This document shows, one piece after another, positions 59,403 through 64,000 of a DNA stretch of 64,000 nt. Each line of letters begins with the position of its first letter. The first letter of the stretch is position 1. The notes below the pieces were generated by a model. That model had not been told where the DNA came from. It ran no database searches and was given only the letters and a program-made list of their open reading frames with translations. The position numbers were made by a program, and so were the translations under genes. The stretch is from contig NC_042999.1 in the NCBI RefSeq assembly GCF_006345805.1, positions 106,144,001-106,208,000 on the forward strand. Reading direction: 5' to 3'. This DNA is from Octopus sinensis (Eukaryota).

Positions 59403-61096
59403 TTATTGCGCTAACCAATTTAGCATCGTTCTGATCAGTTCGGTGAGCTTGAAATTATTATGTGCATGGTAAATATTCTGTAAGTTGTTAGACTGGAGGA
59501 TACGAACTATGTAATATTTACTCTCAAAATGCGTCTGATATTGATACATATTCGCCACATATTCACCAATTTCAATTTCATCTTCCTTTGTTTGTGTTTC
59601 TTGTGTATTGGTTTGTCCACTAATATTGACTGTCACCCGATCATGACATTTATGAATGTACTAACTGATATGTTTAACAGATTACACATACATATATCTC
59701 TAACTGTAGTGATCTTAATTTACTACGAAGAAGGGAAATATTATCTAAATATTATCAATTCCATACAGATAAAGTGAATAACCGTTATGATCGAGTTCAT
59801 ACACTTTCTTGGAAGATTTTATTTTTACGAAAGTTTTGACATTTTCTTTCAACAAAGCATGGGGCAATGGATTTACCTCTCCCACAATGTAACATGCTTT
59901 TGGAGACTTGTTGGAAAGAATTTACTGTGTTTGTGGATTTAGAAGCTCTGCGTAAACGAAGTTATAATATTCCTAATCTAAATTAATACATTTTAGATAT
60001 GAATAACATATATATATATTGTACGCTCCTGAAACAATTAGTCCACGCGCAGCCTGCAAAAGTCTCAACTTTCTTCTCCAAAAGTTCATTGTAAAAACTA
60101 TCATTAGGTCTAGACTTTTCGCTTAAGTCTGTCCAGTATAAAATTCATCTGAAAATTCTTTCCATTGTGGACTGTAGGTGATAATATTGCATAAATCTGT
60201 TTCTCCTATCTCTCGCATAATTTCTATCGTGGGACTCCTACAAATGTTGCAAAATGATTAACCTGTGGCTACTATTCGTAGTATGGAAATACGCACATGT
60301 AATCCTTCGAATCTTTATATTTATCTGCTCTAAATGTTTTATCATGGCGGATCTCTCATTATTTTACATCTTCAATGTTGGGATATATATCATAATAATA
60401 TTTCTGAGCTAAACTAACCGAGTAAGGAGACAATAGAACTATGATTCTGTATTTGTAAAAATCTATCTAATTTATATAAAGTTCTACAACCAAGACCAAA
60501 GGTTAAGTTCACTTTCCATTTGTAACCAAATGGATACAGCAAATAAAACTGCACTGAATTGTAATTTGGATGCATTGAATCTATTATCTGAAGGAAAAAT
60601 TCACTTGGAGCATGACTTTTATGTAGTGTAAGACGTCTTTGTGTTTGTGTCATTTCCAGATTCGTATCTGGCATAATTACTACAACTTCTTTTGGAACTG
60701 GATCTTTGCATGTTCAGCTACCAATTGCAGGAATATGCTTCTCTTCGGGAATAACCATTGTGTATTAACAGTGTCAAAATATTCTATATTGGTATTGTGA
60801 AAGAGCGTGGCAAATTCATTATGTCTTAACATCATAGCTTGTAATGATGCCTTCACGTCTCTGTCTATATGCACGAAATGTGACGGCAAAAAAAGTAAAA
60901 CTAATGGAAGTGAATAGAAGCTGGAAAATATATAAAGGAAAATTGTACGGAACGATATAATACAATGTGAAATTCTTGCACACCAGCATGAGATAACGTC
61001 TTCACATAAATTTTTCTCTAAGATTGGACCCAGTTTCAGATCATTTAGAACATCAATACATATTACGTATGCGCTAGGGAAAATCGTGACATACAT
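59403..61096 (-). pseudogene. Unidentified coding-like relic with no obvious introns
   Basis: Successive minus-strand, complex-composition frames: 61096-60680 (138 aa), 60674-60414 (86 aa), ~60230-60020 (two short frames), ~60005-59745 (about 87 codons, 2 stops) and 59636-59403 (77 aa). No family recognised. Confidence 0.3.
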
Positions 61097-61142
61097 GTAG
61101 AGTATAGCTCAATATATACATACGTATATACTTACACATATA

Positions 61143-62327
61143 TAGGAGGTTCGGCTGGAAAGTTTATAGGTTGACAAAATTACTCTCATAGAATGTGACC
61201 AAATGAGATTTATTTTTCAACATTGCGTTCTACAAACTTCCATCGGTATTGCAGTGCTTGGAGCCCATTGGTGAAGAAGCTTTCGTCTTATTGGTCCTAA
61301 AAGTCTTCAGCTACGATATTGGTTCCCGGTTAAGTGTTTTTCATGTTAGGGAACACATGATAGTCAGAACCAGTTCAGAGTCACTCACAACAGCCATTGA
61401 AATCAAAGACTTGGATACTAGAGTCATCTCCTGATGAAAAAAGAATCCTTCCTTAGTTTTCGTGCGCTACCGATCTTCATAACCTTTGTAACTAACTCAT
61501 CAAGGTGACATAGTACTCTCTATTGATGGCGTAGCTTTTGGAAATAGACAACAAACACAATGTCGTTTGCATCCCCAAAACTGAGTACATCACCCTCCCC
61601 GCAAAGTAAACGTCCTTGACCTTCTTTAGAGCAGGTGAGGAGGATCGTTTCCATTGCATGGATTGCCTCCTTTCTGATTCATCCTGGGTTTTTAAAAAGT
61701 GGAAAGAAGCACACTTAATCTGCCTCAAATATTGAAAGATTTTCCCGAGATGTGATCAGCCTGGTGCACTTTTGATCAGGATGTGACACCCACTGAACAG
61801 AAGTCTTCGTCATTCAAAGTTCATTGTGCCGAATATTCCTACCCTCTCACGGGATATGTTAATCGCATTGGCTATTTGAATTATAGCGAATCTTTTGTCA
61901 TCCATCACCACGTGGTGAACACGATCAATGTTTTCCACGGTGATGGTAGTTGCACGACGTCCAGACTTTGCGTCAAATTCAAGACTCTCCTTTCGCCCAC
62001 TGAATTCAGCAGCCCTCTTTGTACTTTTGATAAAACTGGAGTGTCATCTCCTAATATATCAACAATATCAACATGAAATGACATTGGGTGCTAGACCCTT
62101 TTTCTGCAAGTATTGGATACCACAATGCCAAATTTTGTCCATTTTCATGAGAGGTTGACACTAGTTACTTTTGAAGTCTTCTTTGAATATTTAGTTCTCA
62201 GTTTACCTGGACAAGAACAAACAGTTATTAATATAAAAATGCGTTTGAAGTAAGTGCATGCAAGACTTCACAACACTTGCATCACTCCTACATGGTCAGT
62301 CTGTGAACTTTTCAGCCCACCCTCATG
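61143..62327 (-). mobile_element. Decayed full-length mariner DNA transposon (second family)
   Basis: TIRs TAGGAGGTTCGGCTGGAAAGTTTATAGGTTGAC vs revcomp CATGAGGGTGGGCTGAAAAGTTCACAGACTGAC. Transposase remnants MDKIWHCGIQYLQKKGL, SGR, TQDE, QSMQWK..SSPALKKVK...AGRVM, AINREYY. Confidence 0.88.
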
Positions 62328-62828
62328 TGTGGGTGAAGTGTGTACACACAGAAACAGACAAAGATATACTCATTAATCATTTCGAAATGTCTGAGATATT
62401 TTTAACGAAAATCTTTCAAGCTGTTTTATATTTACATTGCTAATCTACACTTCGATCTCTGATTTTCAACCGTCATTGATTCCTCACTTGTAAAATTATT
62501 CGGCTCAAACATCTTTCGAAATGAAGGTTGTTATTAGCGCCTTCACTAAATCATAAGGTCATGCAGTGGTTTACCAGGTATCTAGAATTATATTAAGATT
62601 TAAAATATTTACTTGGAATTTCATCTGAGGCATCTACATATCTGACGTTAATACATCTGCTGATGATTAGACATGTCGATTAGACTATTAGGCAGTGGTG
62701 GGACGATATATTCTATAAATACGATACAAGAGATGTGGTAGATTTTATAGATAATTTCTTTGAGGCATGCATCAAATCCTTGCATAGCTACAAGCCTATA
62801 CATATAAGTACGCTTCGCTACAAGCATA

Positions 62829-62887
<59 letters not shown>

Positions 62888-63474
62888 TATATATACGTCG
62901 AGAGAGAGAGAGAATGAGAGGGGAGAGAGAGTGGAAAATAGAGAAAGAAAGAGAGAGGAGAGAGTGTGGAAAAAGAGAGCGGAAAAGAGAGTGATAGAGA
63001 GTCAACAAGTGAGATCCAGATATGATAAAGAGAGAAAACAGTGTTACTTAAGTGATTTGAACTTACTCTTCGAAATCTAACAACTAAGTCTGCGGGTGAT
63101 ATGATTGGCTATAAGAGGAACTAAGGTAAGCTGATATGGAGATACTAATGCAAATATACAATAACAAACCACATACATACGTATATACATGCAAATATAT
63201 ATATGTGGATATATATAGACAGATAAGCAAAAACTGAAAATTTTCAGATGAACATTCACATTATAGGTATATAGATATTTATATATTTACAGAACAGACT
63301 TATATCGAGTACAAAAAATAAATAAAACTAATGGGAGAGAGCATGGTAATTCAGGTCCGACAACTATTTTTGAAGGCTCTGAATTAAGTAATATAGCTAT
63401 TACGTATATATATGTATGTATATTTCAAATATCAAGCCCAAACGTGCTTATTTGTTTACTTGCATCATTATGAC

Positions 63475-63539
<65 letters not shown>

Positions 63540-63540
63540 T

Positions 63541-63582
<42 letters not shown>

Positions 63583-63597
63583 TATATATATATATAC

Positions 63598-63638
<41 letters not shown>

Positions 63639-63699
63639 GACAGACAGACAGACAGACAGACAGATATACATACACATATACACAACTCGCCAGTCACTC

Positions 63700-63850
63700 C
63701 ACATTGTTTATTTTCTCTCCTTGTTTCTTTCTGTGGAAGAGCGTAGGCTCGAAACATTAAAAGCTTTTTCACTTCCCGAGCGTTAAACTGATACATACTT
63801 TTGTTGTCTACACCACCTTTCTTCGTCTTTGTTTTTTTATGTATTCTCCC
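63700..63850 (+). mobile_element. Penelope-like terminal-repeat relic with hammerhead-like motif
   Basis: 63727-63763: CTTT-CTGTGGA-A-GAGC-GTAG-GCTC-GAAA-CAT-TA-AAAG. Confidence 0.5.
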
Positions 63851-63900
<50 letters not shown>

Positions 63901-63907
63901 GAGAAAG

Positions 63908-63996
<89 letters not shown>
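63908..63996. repeat. (GATA)n microsatellite
   Basis: Direct reading. Confidence 0.95.
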
Positions 63997-63997
<1 letters not shown>

Positions 63998-64000
63998 GTA

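Noticed and set aside
60010-60200. Class C GPCR-like N..F.E..E..F.C motif on the minus strand
   Set aside because: Single weak match; neighbouring frames show no supporting Venus-flytrap motifs.

Overview
AT-rich, microsatellite-dense eukaryotic DNA. The SINE and repeat content points to an octopod cephalopod (inference from recalled repeat families, not a database search). I see no intact protein-coding gene, and most ORFs in the track are translated microsatellites. Mobile elements: two decayed full-length mariner transposons with TIRs; a full-length decayed Chapaev3-type transposon (CACTG...CAGTG, TAA TSD); a tandemly duplicated TTAA-flanked fold-back MITE; a Tigger-like deletion derivative; about ten tRNA-derived SINE copies; Tx1/L1 and CR1 LINE fragments; Penelope-like relics carrying minimal hammerhead-ribozyme motifs; a candidate solo LTR; and a 39.6-54.8 kb nest of same-strand R4/Dong-clade retrotransposons associated with (AAT)n tracts, one of them near full length. 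Manual translation of the apparently unique DNA suggests hidden gene relics: an ionotropic glutamate/IR-type receptor pseudogene (24.3-30.0 kb, +), a TRIM-like B-box/coiled-coil/beta-propeller pseudogene (36.5-40.1 kb, -), an unidentified coding relic (59.4-61.1 kb, -) and a weak chain of exon-like segments (11.9-18.8 kb, +). All family assignments are from motif recognition by eye and need HMM/BLAST confirmation.
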